The notes: generated from the sequence alone by a model not told the origin. A stretch of 62,994 nt of DNA, filler included, from Sphacelaria rigidula (GCA_964200075.2; 4 parts of 4 records of this genome joined end to end with filler, not necessarily neighbours in it); one strand, 5' to 3'. Shown: positions 10,724-23,015, counted from the whole stretch's first letter. Program-made: numbers and translations.

Positions 10724-13700
10724 ATGAATAGCAAGGCAAAGAAACACCCCAAGAACAAGAGCAACAGCAAGCCAAATCCGGCGAAACAACACAGCTCCAA
10801 GAAAAAGCAAGCCAAGCCCAACAGTAAGGGCAAGAACAAGAGCGGTAAGCTCCACCAATCCAGTCCCGGTTCATCTGCGGTCGGCGATCATGCTGCCGGT
10901 GAGGCGGCGCCCGAGAAGGTGGTGCACGAGCCGGAGCCTGCAGCAGAAGATGACCACGCCTTCTTCGACGATGACGAAAATGAGGGTTATGCTAACTTCA
11001 TGATGTCCCTCGACGAGTCCGCGATGCCCACGTTCACCAAGCGGACAAAGGACCGAGTGGCGGTCGCACCCATCTCCCGTAAGAAGAAGCGGGACGTAGC
11101 ATCATCTGGGACATCGACTGCCGCGGGTGGATCAACTGCCACCGTAACAGCAGAGCCAGTGGCCCCGCCGCCGCCATTGGCAACTGAGGTAACCGCGGTT
11201 GTCAATGCTAGTGTTGCTAGTGATGCTGATGTTGATGCTCCCAAGGCAAAAAGGCGCCGCGAAGCTGCGGTGGATGCGAAGCGACGGAAAGCGTCGACAG
11301 CGGGGTGGGTGGAGGAGGACGTGGATGCCCCGGCTCGACTACCGATCAAGACTCGGAAGGGTGAACTCAAGCCAAACCGACGCATGATGGAGCAGCCAGC
11401 GGTAGTGGCAATGACCGCGGCGGCGCCTAGTCTAGGGAGTGATAAAGCGTTCCCCACTGTTGGCATTGCTAATGGTGCCCCAGTTACCAATGGGGTTGCT
11501 GGTGCACAAGACAAGATGGACGTGGTGGAGAATGGGCAAGACGGCCAGCCTGAAGGGAGCGACCATGTTTCTGATTTGGGCGTGTCTGACGACAGCGTGT
11601 TTGACTCCGCAGACGATCACTCGAGCGACGAAGGTGGATACTACAGTAATCCGGGAGTATCGGAGGGACATGCTGGTGTCACGGTGTCGGGTCGTGGCGG
11701 GGTGGACCTGGTTGTGCTGAAACAACGGCGTTTCTTGCAAAAGAAGATGATCATGGCGGAGCTGTGCGAAACAATCATCGGGGCCCCGGAAGAGTCTCTC
11801 GTGCGGCCGAAGGTCGTGGCCCAGGGGGAGGATGAGCGTTCAAGAATGGAACAGCTCTTTTCTCTCGTAAGTACCCCATCCCCATCTGTGTTGTAGGTTC
11901 CGAATTTGGTGATGTATATCCAAGGAACTGCGTAGAGTTGGTGCTCTGTGTTGACGTTCCTCGACGCAGTGTGTGCACCGTTCGGTCTTGTGCCTGATAT
12001 CTCCTGACTGTCACCGCCATGTTGGATAACTTTCGCTGGCTCGCGATACTCTCAGGTGGGAGATGACGATCACAGGGTAAGGCACTTGGCGCTGCTGTCT
12101 CAGTATGCCGTGTTCAAGGACATAATTCCGGGTTACCGCATACGAGTGCCCAGCGCGGCTGAGCTCAAAACAAAGGTTTCTAAGGAAGTGCAACGTGTGA
12201 GAGGACAGGAGGCTGCTCTCCTGAATGCGTACCAGGTACGTGTTCTGTTCATTCCTAGAGTAGTAGACTGAGGATACGTTCGGGCTAGCTCGCGCTCGCC
12301 CTTAACTGGCACATTCTTTCTTCCGTGGTTTTACAAGGGTTGGGTGGCATGCCCACACTCATGAAATCATATATGGATCCCTCAAGTTGTTACTGCATCA
12401 CTGAGGTTCAAGAATCAGGGATGAGAAAGCGAACCCATGTGCCCCGCGGAAACGAACTGTGAGAATGCTGCAGAGATAATCACGGTGGCCCATCACTGTA
12501 TGAACATACAACCACATCAACTTGTGCCGCGGTGCAATGCGGTGGCTGAAATTTTGGCTCCCAACCAGAAGCTGAGCGGTCTTCCTTGTCCAGATCTCAA
12601 TAGCTACTGTTGGTGAGCCTCATGGGCTTCGTTGATGTCAGACGTTCAAGATTGCAAGTGGCAGTGACATTCGTCCAGCCGTGTATGCCCTCATTATATT
12701 CTCATTATATGCGTAGTGGGGACCGCGGTCAACAGTATCGGGCTGTGCTGAAAGCCGCACTCGACTTGACTTCACGTGACGAAATTGCCGAGACAGACAG
12801 CAGTGTAGCAATGTCGCACTATGGCACATCTTAGCCATACCCTCAGGTCGTGTGTCGAGTCAAATCTTGCAAAAACACTTCTGATCCAGGCGGTACGCGT
12901 TACACAAGAATTCATTGCGGGATGTTTCACAGGCCCATGCTTATGTAGAGTTTGCTCGATATACGACCCCTCTTGCCAGCATCTGTGGCGCGCCCAGGTA
13001 CAGGCACATTTGATCTGACTACAGCCTCCTCTCGGCTGTTCAGAGAAGCTTCTGTTCACGGAAATCGGTGTAGCAGGGATTGAGCAACACCAAGACTCGC
13101 GAATTTGAAATAGGAAACGGGCGTATCGGCTCACCGTTCGCGTTGACTTCTTCATGGCTACTGAAGACATCGGTTCTCCCTCAGTTCGTATTGGATCCAA
13201 CTCAAGGAAGTACGCTGTGCTAGGTAAACCGAGAGCCACAATTCGGTCTGCGTGTTGCTGCATCGCGGGCAGTAGGTTATCGCATGGCGTAGGTGTAGTT
13301 TTGTGCGCATCCTGGCTTCGTGTTCCAAGCCGCACTACTTGGTTGCTATAAAGCCGCCATGGCACCCCGTATAATTCCGTTCACCGATCTGATCACTTTT
13401 TTCAATATGTCGGAAGGAATTATGGCCTTCCGACAGATTCTCAGTGATGATCGAGAAAAAAATGAAGAGTACGAAAAAAGTGTTGTCGGGTCCCCCAATC
13501 ATCGGTTCGCTAACTAAAAAAAACGAAAAAATCTTACCCGAAAACCATTGGGTCAAGACACAAATATCATGTTGCTCTCACACTCAGTCACACTCCCTAC
13601 GTCAGGTTCATCCGGCACATCAACCCACCCTTGTCAATGGTTGCAGCTGTCAATCATCGTCCACTCTTCTTGAATACAACCTCAACCCCACCCGCTCTTT

Positions 13701-14842
13701 CCTGTTTTTTCCGAACAGCAATATCTGAAAGCCCTCGAAGCCACGATACAAGAAGCTGTTTCATCCAGTGGAGGCGGAGCTTTTTCTGCTGGTTCGCGAG
13801 ACCTCGCGGCCGCGGCTATCCACTGCATGTGTGGGCTTCTATCCGCCCACCCGCACTTCAACTTCAGGTCTAACCTGGTGCGGACAGTCGTGGCCGGGAC
13901 CAATCATAAACTGGCGGAGGTCAGAGAGTCGTGTTGCAAGTGCTTGGGCGAGGTGTTCGCGGAGGACTCGCAGGGTGAGGTGTCCTTAGAGGTGACCAAA
14001 GCCGTGGCGAAGTACGTGAAGGAGCGCAAGTGAGTATGTGACTCTGGCATTGCAACGTGCGTTGCGCTTTATCCTATGGTGGTCGTTTACACACTGTCTT
14101 GTTTCACGTACAGTACTCCCATTACATTATTTCGGCAACGGCTCGTTCATGTAAACTGAAGATCAAGCTCAGCCCGAGTTTCTCATCTAATGCAATGACC
14201 TACTGCATTGGACTTATGTTAGCGGTTGTCGCTGAGGCTGAACACCCATCATTTTTTTTGGGGGGAGGGTGGTAAATAACAGTCTGATTTTCCTCTAACC
14301 TCGTTTATTTTGAGCGGACCGCTACTGTAGCTCTTTTGCCATCCATTTGTTGCAGAAGAAACACTGTGCGCTAGAGAAAAGTGGTCAAAGAGTTTGTGAT
14401 CATATGTGTGTCCGAAGTGCATATGCAGTAATACACAAGTGTGCGTGTGTGTATGTGTGTGTGTACGCATGTTGAAATGATGCTCAGCAAATTACAGGGT
14501 CACGAGACCGAGCAGAATCAATCATTGGTTATCAAAAATCTAATCCTGCGACGCCTGAGTAATATTGCAGGGCACCATACAAACGGCCGTCCTACCAGTC
14601 ACCTGCCGATCAATTTTCGTCGTTTTCGTATCAGGTTTCAGGTGTCAGAGGGAACAATTCGATGCCTGGCGGCTCTACCGCTGCGTATCCGCGAAGACGA
14701 GCGAGCGCGGGCGAAGGCACGGGTGAAGAGCAATAACAGGAAGCGACGGCGAGAGGGCGGCGTCGAAGCGGGGTTGATGGAGGCGGATGCCAACGTGGAT
14801 GGTGATTTGAGGGCGAAATGTCAAGCCGATGCACTGCACGAG
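10724..14842 (+). CDS. NOC3: Nucleolar complex protein 3 homolog, 5' part (exons 10724-11866, 12056-12235, 13719-14029, 14635-14842; rest not in this contig)
   Basis: K-rich N-terminus; motifs RLPIKT, LCETIIGAPEE, LALLSQYAVFKDIIPGYRIR...KVSKEV...E..LLNAYQ|QYLKAL, CMCGLLSAHPHFNFRSNLV and SLEVTKAVAKYVK are typical of Noc3. Splice phases are consistent. An extra upstream exon is possible (acceptor at 10703). Confidence 0.92.
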
Positions 14843-15675
14843 GCAAGTCAAACCGAGAGCGTTTTTAGCTGCTGAGCTTGTCCATTCATGAATGAACATG
14901 GATGGTGATTTGAGGGCGAGATGTCAGGCTGGTGCACTCACTGCATGAGGCACATCAAACCGAGAGCGCTTTTAGCCACTGTAAGCTTGTCCAATTTTTT
15001 TTCCATGTCAGACTGTGGATCTCGCAGTGGTGGATATCTGTGACAAGAAATCACATAGTTTTGAAAGATCATCTCGATACTTGAGTCGTATCTTATCGTG
15101 ACAAAAAAAAAAATTCCAAGAAAAAAAACTTCTTCTCCGACCAGTTAACGTGCGAGAATCAATCAATTTATGTGTATACATATATTCTCACTTCAATCTT
15201 CTCTCCCCTTTCCTTCTTTTACTTGGTATTGTTTTAGTATTTTTGTTGACGCTGTTTTTTGTTCGTTTTCATTCCCCCTCCTCCATATGGTGAGACACCC
15301 ATGAGGCAATGTGTAAGTCGTGGCCGTCTCTGAAAGTGTCTATACCAGAAAATGAAGCAACGCGTTGGAGGCTGTCATCCAACTGTACGATAGTCAGTAC
15401 GCTTCGGCCCGAATAATCTTAGCAGGATGCGGCCAGCCCTTCATGCGACTCGCCGAACACATCACGGTGCTTCGCCCTTGGTGATTGATTGGTTGCTAGC
15501 CAGGTCCGTCGAAAAACCGGCGTGCCCCGTCCCGGCTTTGTAGGGATGCGAGGTCAATGGTCGTACGACCACAGCATACAAGATCGTAAGCACCCCCCCC
15601 CCCCTCCGCGAGGTCAATGTCCTCATGACTATGGCATGCATGATCATGAGTACACCCCCCCCCCTCTCCCCCCTT

Positions 15676-15775
15676 NNNNNNNNNNNNNNNNNNNNNNNNN
15701 NNNNNNNNNNNNNNNNNNNTTAATTAATTAANNNNNNNNNNNNNNNNNNNNNNNNNNNNNNNNNNNNNNNNNNNN
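15676..15775. other. Artificial contig spacer (N44-TTAATTAATTAA-N44)
   Basis: Seen directly; the 12-mer gives stops in all frames. Confidence 0.98.
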
Positions 15776-17399
15776 CCCTGTGCTGTCACGCGACTATCTT
15801 CTGCTGCAGTTGCAACAATATCAAACGCCTGATACTCTAGCAATGTACGTCAATGCACGTACGTCACCTAAAAAAAAGACGTTCCGAGATCGTGACCCCT
15901 CGATTTTTTCGCCCCCGATTTGATCCAAATCTGTGTCCATAAAGAGCGTTCCCCGATTTCGAAAAAATCGAGATTCGTGCCTTCCATAAAAGTGGGTCTG
16001 ACCCGAGTCGAACAAACATCTGTGTTTTTCGTTTTCGATGTTATGGAGGCGTTTGTGTGGGAGAATATGTACCTTCTAGTAGTTACTGTCATATTCCGTA
16101 GTTTCAAATGGCTCAGACGAAGAGTGGAGATCATCACGGGAAAAGGGGTGAGCACTTCCAGCATTAAAAGCTCGCTTCAGGGGCCCTCTGCAGAGGTAGA
16201 AAAAACACCATCACACACGAGACCCGTCACAGCACACATCGCAAGTGATTGCTACTGAAAAAAGGTTGCGTCCCGGTAGTACACGGTAAACTTGTGCAGG
16301 CTTCTCTACATGCCGGCCCCACCCCGCGCGCACGGATTTTAGATCACACTTGTATACAGTATATAGGTATGATGAAGCTTGCTGTCTGTGTGTAAGTTAC
16401 GTTGTGCACCACCCCTCGCTCCGCCACATCTAGTACAGCGGTCGGTATGACAGACCATGCAGCACAACGGTACCTCCATTCCATGCAAGACATGAGCAAC
16501 ATGTTGACAAGATGGGCGATAGCTTCACAATTATTTGACTTTACTGTGAAGCACAAACGAGGATGATGAAATATTGTCCCGGACACTCTGTCGAGGCTCT
16601 TTCGGTTTGAAAAAGACCAGAATCATGACGTCAAACCCCTGCTCGCGTCAATTTGTCGGAACGTCGCAGAGGACCCCGCATCACACGCGAAAAAACCGCA
16701 CCAGCCGTTCCAAATCTCAGCGGATAAACTGCTGGACAATCTAAAACCAGTACAGAGTGACAGAGAACGTTTTACCGTCAGCGCTACTCACGCGAGCGCT
16801 ATAAATATTTTCACGTTTGGAGACGAAGACAAGTTGCGACCCGAACAGGCAAACAAACATGGCTCTTATTTATTCAATATCTGTCAGACGACGACACACC
16901 TTTACCAGTAAAGGAGGCCCTGACATCCATGTCCTACTTTGTGCTCCGTGACGGTATTTTGTTCAGATCCTACTTGCCGGGGAACCTTTTAAGGAAAAGG
17001 CACCGATCACGATAGACTAGTGCTACCAGACGCTCTAGCTATATTCGTTTTGCACTCATATCACGATCATGTGTTGTCTGGAGGTCACCTCGGTTCAAAC
17101 CGATTTATGAAAAGACTAAGAACAAATAATATTGGCCGACAGTGAGCCAAGATGTGCAAAATCGGTGTCAACGTTGCCATTCCTACCAGAGGAGAACGAC
17201 GGCCCATAACCGTCCGAGATTGCCTGTAGGCCACGTCCATGTGAACAGACCTTTTGAGTGGGTATCGATGGATCTTGTTGAATACAAAGGACGATTTCAA
17301 ATTCGTCTGCCGGTGTGCCGTGTAAATATGTAATGTATGTCATGGATCATATGACACGATATGCACTGTTTTTTCCCATCCCAAACAAATCAGCCAATA

Positions 17400-18575
17400 C
17401 AGGCTGGGCCAGCCTACAAGCGGATTTGAAGTTTGCAGGCTAATTCGCAATATTTTACTTGAAGTTGAACAGTGAAATGTCGAATGGAAAATCAACAGGG
17501 CATGAAGAAAAGCTCTCTGTGAGGTCCAGTTTTTTTTTTTTTCCATGAGTTAAGGGGATTTTACAAAAATCTCGAAACCGATTATTGCCCTAAACTTATA
17601 TAAACAAAACTTCGGGACCCCACAGACAGCTTTTCTTTATGCCGTGTTGATTGCCCATACGAAATTTCACTGTCCACCTCTAAGTAAAAAATTGCAAATT
17701 CGCCTTGCAAAAACCGGGTCAGCGAAATTTGGGAACAGTATTTGCAGGCCGTTTATCAGCCCACCTCTGGTGTTTGTGTATTGAAGCTTTGTTGGGGACC
17801 TCGCTAGGTCAAGATGAATCAAGAATAGTGGATTAGGTTGGTTTTGACTTTTTTTTTTCGCTGGTTCAGGGTGTTTTTTCACGATAACGCCCGAACCTCT
17901 CCTCCCCCCCCCACAAAAAAAAGGCCCTTTTTCTTTTTTTAGCATACCTTTGTCGTTCTCCATGCTAAGTTTCAAATAAATTTTTTAAAAATTCAGCTTC
18001 AAACTTGAGATCAGGCCCAAGAACAGTGTTCGTTTTACTCGAAACTCCCCCAGCAACACGAAAAAAAATGAAGTAAAACGAATACAAATGAAGAGCTGTA
18101 TTTTTTTCATGATGCACTAGCGGTTCTTCACACCAAATTTTGCAGCACAATTATCAAAAACTGAGACGCGATATCCAGATTTAGGGCATCTAGGGCCTCT
18201 GCTCGCAAAATATTGATTCTAGTATCGAAACGTATGTGCGCCATATCTCGAGATCGATAACGAACTGGGTGAAGATGAGGGTATCTACCGTCTCCTTGCT
18301 ACAGGGAAGGTTCACAACAAAAACCGTCATTACCCGCTGACTGCATCGTTTGGGGTTTCATAGAAATTTTAGTGCGGACGCTATCTCCCTACGGTATAGG
18401 ACTTACTAGACAAGGGGGTTTTCAACGAGAAAAAAATGGCCCAGGTTTTCGAGCGGATCGGCACCTTCCCCTTGATTAGACCATTAATACGATATGTAGA
18501 TCATGGGCCAACTCGTCTATGCCAATGGCATGTAGCTTATACAACTTGAATCCGTTTTTAGGCTGGCCCAGCTCG
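17400..18575. mobile_element. Non-autonomous TA-target element (family A2) inserted in the Gypsy integrase
   Basis: TA|CAGGCTGGGCCAGCCTA ... TAGGCTGGCCCAGCTCG|CA; removing it restores the integrase reading PNKSAN-TVARMLVDRVF; similar to 28063-29270. Confidence 0.85.
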
Positions 18576-19479
18576 CACTGTAGCAAGAATGCTGGTCGAC
18601 CGTGTCTTCACGACATATGCACCAGAAAAGGTAGATCCCGATCAGGCCAAAAAAATCGAAAACCGGGTGATATTTCAGCTGCAGTTGATCCTTAACTTTG
18701 ACAAATCACGTACGACACCGTTCCGCCCTCAAGGCAACCCTGTTTGGTGACGCGTACACTCGAATTCACACGCCATGTTAGCCATGCGTAGCTCCGTCAA
18801 ACAAGACAGCTGGGCGACTATGCTGCCCTTGGTGTAAATGGCGTATATTACATAATTGAACACCACAGTGCAAGAAACTCCCTATTTCCTATGTTCGGAC
18901 GTCAACCAAAATTACTTGTCATTATCTCGGGCATTTCCGAAAAAAGGCACGCTGTGGATACTGAACAATACGCGAAAGAGGCAAAATACAACTTGAAGCT
19001 AGCTTTTGAAATAGCGAGACGTAACTTGAAAAAACGAGCAGACAAACAAAAGGCAAGCAATGCTAAGCTCAAGCCATACCCAGTCTCTTTTCCTGGCCTA
19101 CAAGTGCTACTGTTCAGGCCACACCCAGACACAGACAGCCCAAATTCAAAGTTGGCGTTATCATGGCGAGCCCATACAAGATCGTCAATCAAATTCCTCC
19201 GGTTGTCTACAAGTCAAGATAAGCGAGGATACTAAAGAGACATCAGTACACCTCGCTCACCTTGAGCAATGTTATCAAAGAGAATGACCCTCAGCTCCCG
19301 ATTTGACCGACTCGACGAGTATTTTCCAGGCAAACAATTACCCCTGTCTCAACTTGACCGTCCGAAAGTAAGGAGCCCAAGAATTGAACGCTACATCGTT
19401 GACAAGGTGGTGGGCCACAAACGAAGCCCAGGAGGAAAGAGCCATCAAATTACAAGTACCGTCTGCGTTTTCAACGCTA

Positions 19480-20577
19480 CAAGCTCGTTCAGATTGGACG
19501 CCCAAAATTTAGTGCACAGGATTTCCTCACGCCGTTTTTTCGAGTTAGACCACGAAATTTTGCACACATATTCTGGAAGGCAGTATTTTAAACTCGAAGA
19601 GTTTTTTTTTTTTATTTGGGGTTTCGCTGTCGAGATAGCCGGATTTTGCCCCCCCCCCCCAGTCAAGTACTCCAATCGGGACCCCGAAGAACCGACCACC
19701 AAGACAAAAATAAAGAAATAAAAACCCTCTTCAAATTTTAGATAGTGACGTCCAGAACATGTGTGCAAAATTTCGTGGTCTAACTCGAAGAAACGGCGTG
19801 AGGAAATCCCAAAACGTGCGCTGAATTATGAAAATGTCTGCGTGTCCCCCTAATTACTTGATTAAAGTATTCAGTGACGAATTTACCGGTTCTTTTTGGC
19901 CTGCACGCGCTATTCTACTCAAGATTTTTGAGTCGGGTCATGAAAATTCACGCAAATTGTCCCTGGGATACCACTAACCTTAAGGTGTCAAAATTTGGGG
20001 GTTGAGGCATTATGTACCGGTTTCCGGGGGTCTTTATGCTGCGACCCCCGGTGCCAAGAATGCAATTTTTCCATATGGAGCATCAACGCCTACGAAACTG
20101 CCAAGTTTGAGGATGATCTGAGCTTTTCTGCAACAGATGAAGGGGAAATCGTCACGAGGCTCCGTGGGTCTTTCGTACATGTCACGAGTGGAAGTTGGAC
20201 GACGCCAAAGCTCATCATCACCGAAACATTACGGTTTTGGGCGAAATTCGACCCCGCTGGAACCGTTCTCAACTCTGTTTCTCCGTTGGATTCTCAGGCT
20301 GATGACGGCTACTAATGAGTTGAACCATGTGGAGATTCGGTGGAAATTGGGCTTGGAATTCGTGTTTTCAATTTCGGAACAATTTGGAGGGCGCTGATTG
20401 GTCGAAACACACTTTTGTCCATAGCGCCACCGCTATAACCTTAAACGAAAATATGGCTATGTCACCATTTCTGTCTGTTCATTACGGTCAGTATGGTACC
20501 ACATTTGTGCATATTGGCTGGATTTTGCGTTCATCAGCCGGGGAATAAATTTTGGGTGTTCAATCTGAACCAGCCTG
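19480..20577. mobile_element. Non-autonomous TA-flanked element (family A1) inserted in the Gypsy chromodomain
   Basis: TA|CAAGCTCGTTCAGATTGGACGCCCAAAATTTA ... TAAATTTTGGGTGTTCAATCTGAACCAGCCTG|TA; removal joins RFQRY to GPSAD. Confidence 0.87.
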
Positions 20578-20637
20578 TACGGGCCGTCAGCAGACTTTGG
20601 TACCGAGCGGGCGAGATACCACAATGTTAACAACTGA

Positions 20638-21045
20638 TGAACGCGTATCGAATTAAGCACAAGTTGAAAAAAAGCGAAAAAATATAGGGCGAGCTGAAAA
20701 AACAAGATCGTGTTACACCTACACGACTACCATTTGTCTGAAAAAAAAATGTGTATCAAATCAAAACGTGTTGGAACAATATGCGCTAACGTGACTCGCC
20801 GTGTCAAGAAAATCGAAAAAAAGAAGAGAAAAATCACAAGGCGAGATGAGGTAATTTGTTCGTGTCATACTCACACGACTAACATAATATTCGGACATGA
20901 ACGCGTATCAAATCATTTCAAGTTGAATAATACGCGATAAAGTGACTCGTCGTCCCCAAAATTCGGATAAAATAGATCGAATCATCAGGCGAGCTGAAAC
21001 ATTTCGTGTCATACTTGACACGACTAACAACAATTTCGGGACGTT
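20638..21045. repeat. Three diverged tandem units (~130-150 bp)
   Basis: Recurring (TGAAC)GCGTATC.AAT, GTGACTCG.CGT, GGCGAG.TGA and TCGTGT.A.AC..CACGACTA motifs. Confidence 0.65.
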
Positions 21046-21539
21046 GCTAACGATCGAGTACAGGTCGGCGGGGAAGAGAGACTTGGTCTTTGGATCAAGC
21101 TCCCATCAGCATTAGGCGAACTTGCTGATAAGGATCACCGTGAAAGTTCTTCAAACTCTGAGCGAAATGCTCCGAGAAAAAAACACATTTTTCCCACCGC
21201 TGTCTCCGATATCAACCTCTCCCTGGTTACATAACTAATATTCCGCGGCCACCGTAGCTCCACTCCTCTGCAAGTCATGAGCGGACCTCATGGGAACAGA
21301 CCGTCGAATACGGTAATCTTTGCAGATGAGTATATCCGTGGTTGTGCAGGTCACTTGATACAAAACGCCGTTTAAGTGACTGCAGGTAGATGACTCCCGT
21401 TCTCCCAAATGCCCTTCGTTTTACAAAGTATTTGAAGAGGGGTTTTCCTCTGGCTTACATTCAAAATCTGTGTTCCTTGGGCAACTGTGCTTCCGTGACA
21501 AGGTCGTTCTCACGAAACCACCACACGAGGAAGGAGCTG

Positions 21540-23015
21540 ATGGCCCCGGTGGCGAAAGGACAGTGCGGCAACGAGGGCTGCTCCAAGCGCCCATCGTACG
21601 GTCTACGGGGCTGCAAGGCAGAGTTCTGCTCCAAGCATGCCAGCGTAGGAATGGTCAATTTGACCGACAAGAAGTGCGGTTACGGCGGCTGCTCGAAGCG
21701 GCCGTCGTTCGGTGTAGCGGGAAGCAAGAAGGGGGAGCTCTGCTCCAAGCATGCCAGGGCGGGAATGGTCGACGTGATTAATAAGAAGTGCGGCAACGAA
21801 GACTGCTCGAAGCGGCCGTCGTTTGGTGTAGCGGGAAGCAGGAAGATGGAGTTTTGCTCCAAGCACGCTGAAGCGGGAATGGTAAATGTCAGGAACACGA
21901 GGTGTGGCGATGAAGGCTGCTCCGCGCATCCGTCGTTTGGTGTAGCGAGAAGCAAGAAGGCGGAGTTCTGCTCTAAGCATGCCAGAGCAGGAATGGTCGA
22001 TGTGTTGAGTAAGAAGTGCGGCAACGACAGCTGCTCCGCGCATCCGTCGTTTGGTGTAGCGGGAAGCAAGAAGAGGGAGTTCTGCTTCAAACATGCCAGG
22101 GCGGGAATGGTCAACATGACGCGTAGGAAGTGCTGCACCGCCGGCTGCTCGAAGCACCGGTCGTTTGGTGTAGCGGGAAGCAATAAGGCGGAGTTCTGCT
22201 CCGAGCACGCTGGAGAAGGAAGAGTAAACGTGGAAAACAAGAGGTGCGGCAATGAAGGCTGCTCCAAACTTGTTTGTTTTGGCTTAGCAGGAAGCAAGAG
22301 GGCGGAGTACTGCTGCCAGCATGCCAGGGCCACTATGGTGAGTGCGGTCACCCATGGGTTCAGCAAGAATGAATGCTCCAAGTTGAATATATTTGAGAGG
22401 GGTATCCCCGATGAGGCAAAGTACTCCCGACGGCATGCTACTGCACACAACGCAGCTCTTGTGAGTGATACCGGAGAACCCATCACTGGGGTGACCACCT
22501 CCGGCCGTGGCCAGGCGAGAGGCGGTCGAAGAAGCGTCGCTGACGTGCGAGGCAAGAAACGAAAGCGTGCAGCATGTTCGGCCTCTGGTGCAAGCGACAG
22601 TATTGGTGCTCGCCAGAGTGTGTACTCAGATCCTAGGCGGGGTGGTGCGACACCACCGCTGCTCACAAGACAGCCACCCACAGGGGCTAATAGTGAAGTG
22701 TCTTCAGAGGCAGGGACAGGGGTAGAAATGAAGGTAGAGCTGGCAGTCTCTTCTGATGCACGCGGTGTCGATGGGGTCAGAGAGAGTAGCAGGCAGGCTG
22801 CCCCTTCGCGTAGTTGGAGCAGCGTAGGTAGTGGTAGTAGCCCCAGCATCAGTAGTCGTAGTTTCCCTACGGGACGGCTGTGTGGTTCGCCAGCAGTGAT
22901 GCCTTGGTGCACTGGCGCGTTCGATGACGTGAAAGCGGAGGAGGCTGAGGGGAATTCAAACGTGAAGTTGGAGGTAGGAGCGTCTAGTTCTCCTCGACGG
23001 ACGCCTGAACGATGA
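21540..23015 (+). CDS. EsV-1-7 cysteine-rich repeat protein (491 aa from ATG 21540; 7 full and 1 degenerate ~38-aa repeats), intronless
   Basis: Repeat consensus KKCGNEGCSKRPSFGVAGSKKAEFCSKHARAGMVDV (C-x4-C-x16-C-x2-H) matches the EsV-1-7 motif; the ORF is uninterrupted. Confidence 0.9.
   Translation: MAPVAKGQCGNEGCSKRPSYGLRGCKAEFCSKHASVGMVNLTDKKCGYGGCSKRPSFGVAGSKKGELCSKHARAGMVDVINKKCGNEDCSKRPSFGVAGSRKMEFCSKHAEAGMVNVRNTRCGDEGCSAHPSFGVARSKKAEFCSKHARAGMVDVLSKKCGNDSCSAHPSFGVAGSKKREFCFKHARAGMVNMTRRKCCTAGCSKHRSFGVAGSNKAEFCSEHAGEGRVNVENKRCGNEGCSKLVCFGLAGSKRAEYCCQHARATMVSAVTHGFSKNECSKLNIFERGIPDEAKYSRRHATAHNAALVSDTGEPITGVTTSGRGQARGGRRSVADVRGKKRKRAACSASGASDSIGARQSVYSDPRRGGATPPLLTRQPPTGANSEVSSEAGTGVEMKVELAVSSDARGVDGVRESSRQAAPSRSWSSVGSGSSPSISSRSFPTGRLCGSPAVMPWCTGAFDDVKAEEAEGNSNVKLEVGASSSPRRTPER

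Larger units (their letters stand above)
16442..20630 (+). mobile_element. Degenerate Ty3/Gypsy (chromodomain-bearing) pol remnant: RNase H end, integrase, chromodomain
   Basis: TDHAA..YL...LTRWAI...FDFTVKHK...NIVPDTLSRL (RNase H end); H..H / CQRCHS zinc finger; RPFEWVSMDLVE; DHMTRYA...PIPNKSA-N/TVAR; ETPYFLMFGRQP; YIVDKVVGHK...YRLRFQRY-GPSAD (chromodomain). Many stops and frameshifts. Confidence 0.88.

Noticed and set aside
15720..15731. TTAATTAATTAA motif recurring every ~15.77 kb
   Set aside because: Artificial linker inside N runs, not biological periodicity.
21680..22912. 410-aa antisense ORF (and the 201-aa ORF at 21603-22208)
   Set aside because: Shadows of the repetitive GC-rich EsV-1-7 frame; no independent features.
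21390..23015. Endogenous phaeovirus (EsV-1-like provirus)
   Set aside because: Only a single EsV-1-7 family gene is present; no NCLDV core genes or gene-dense viral region.
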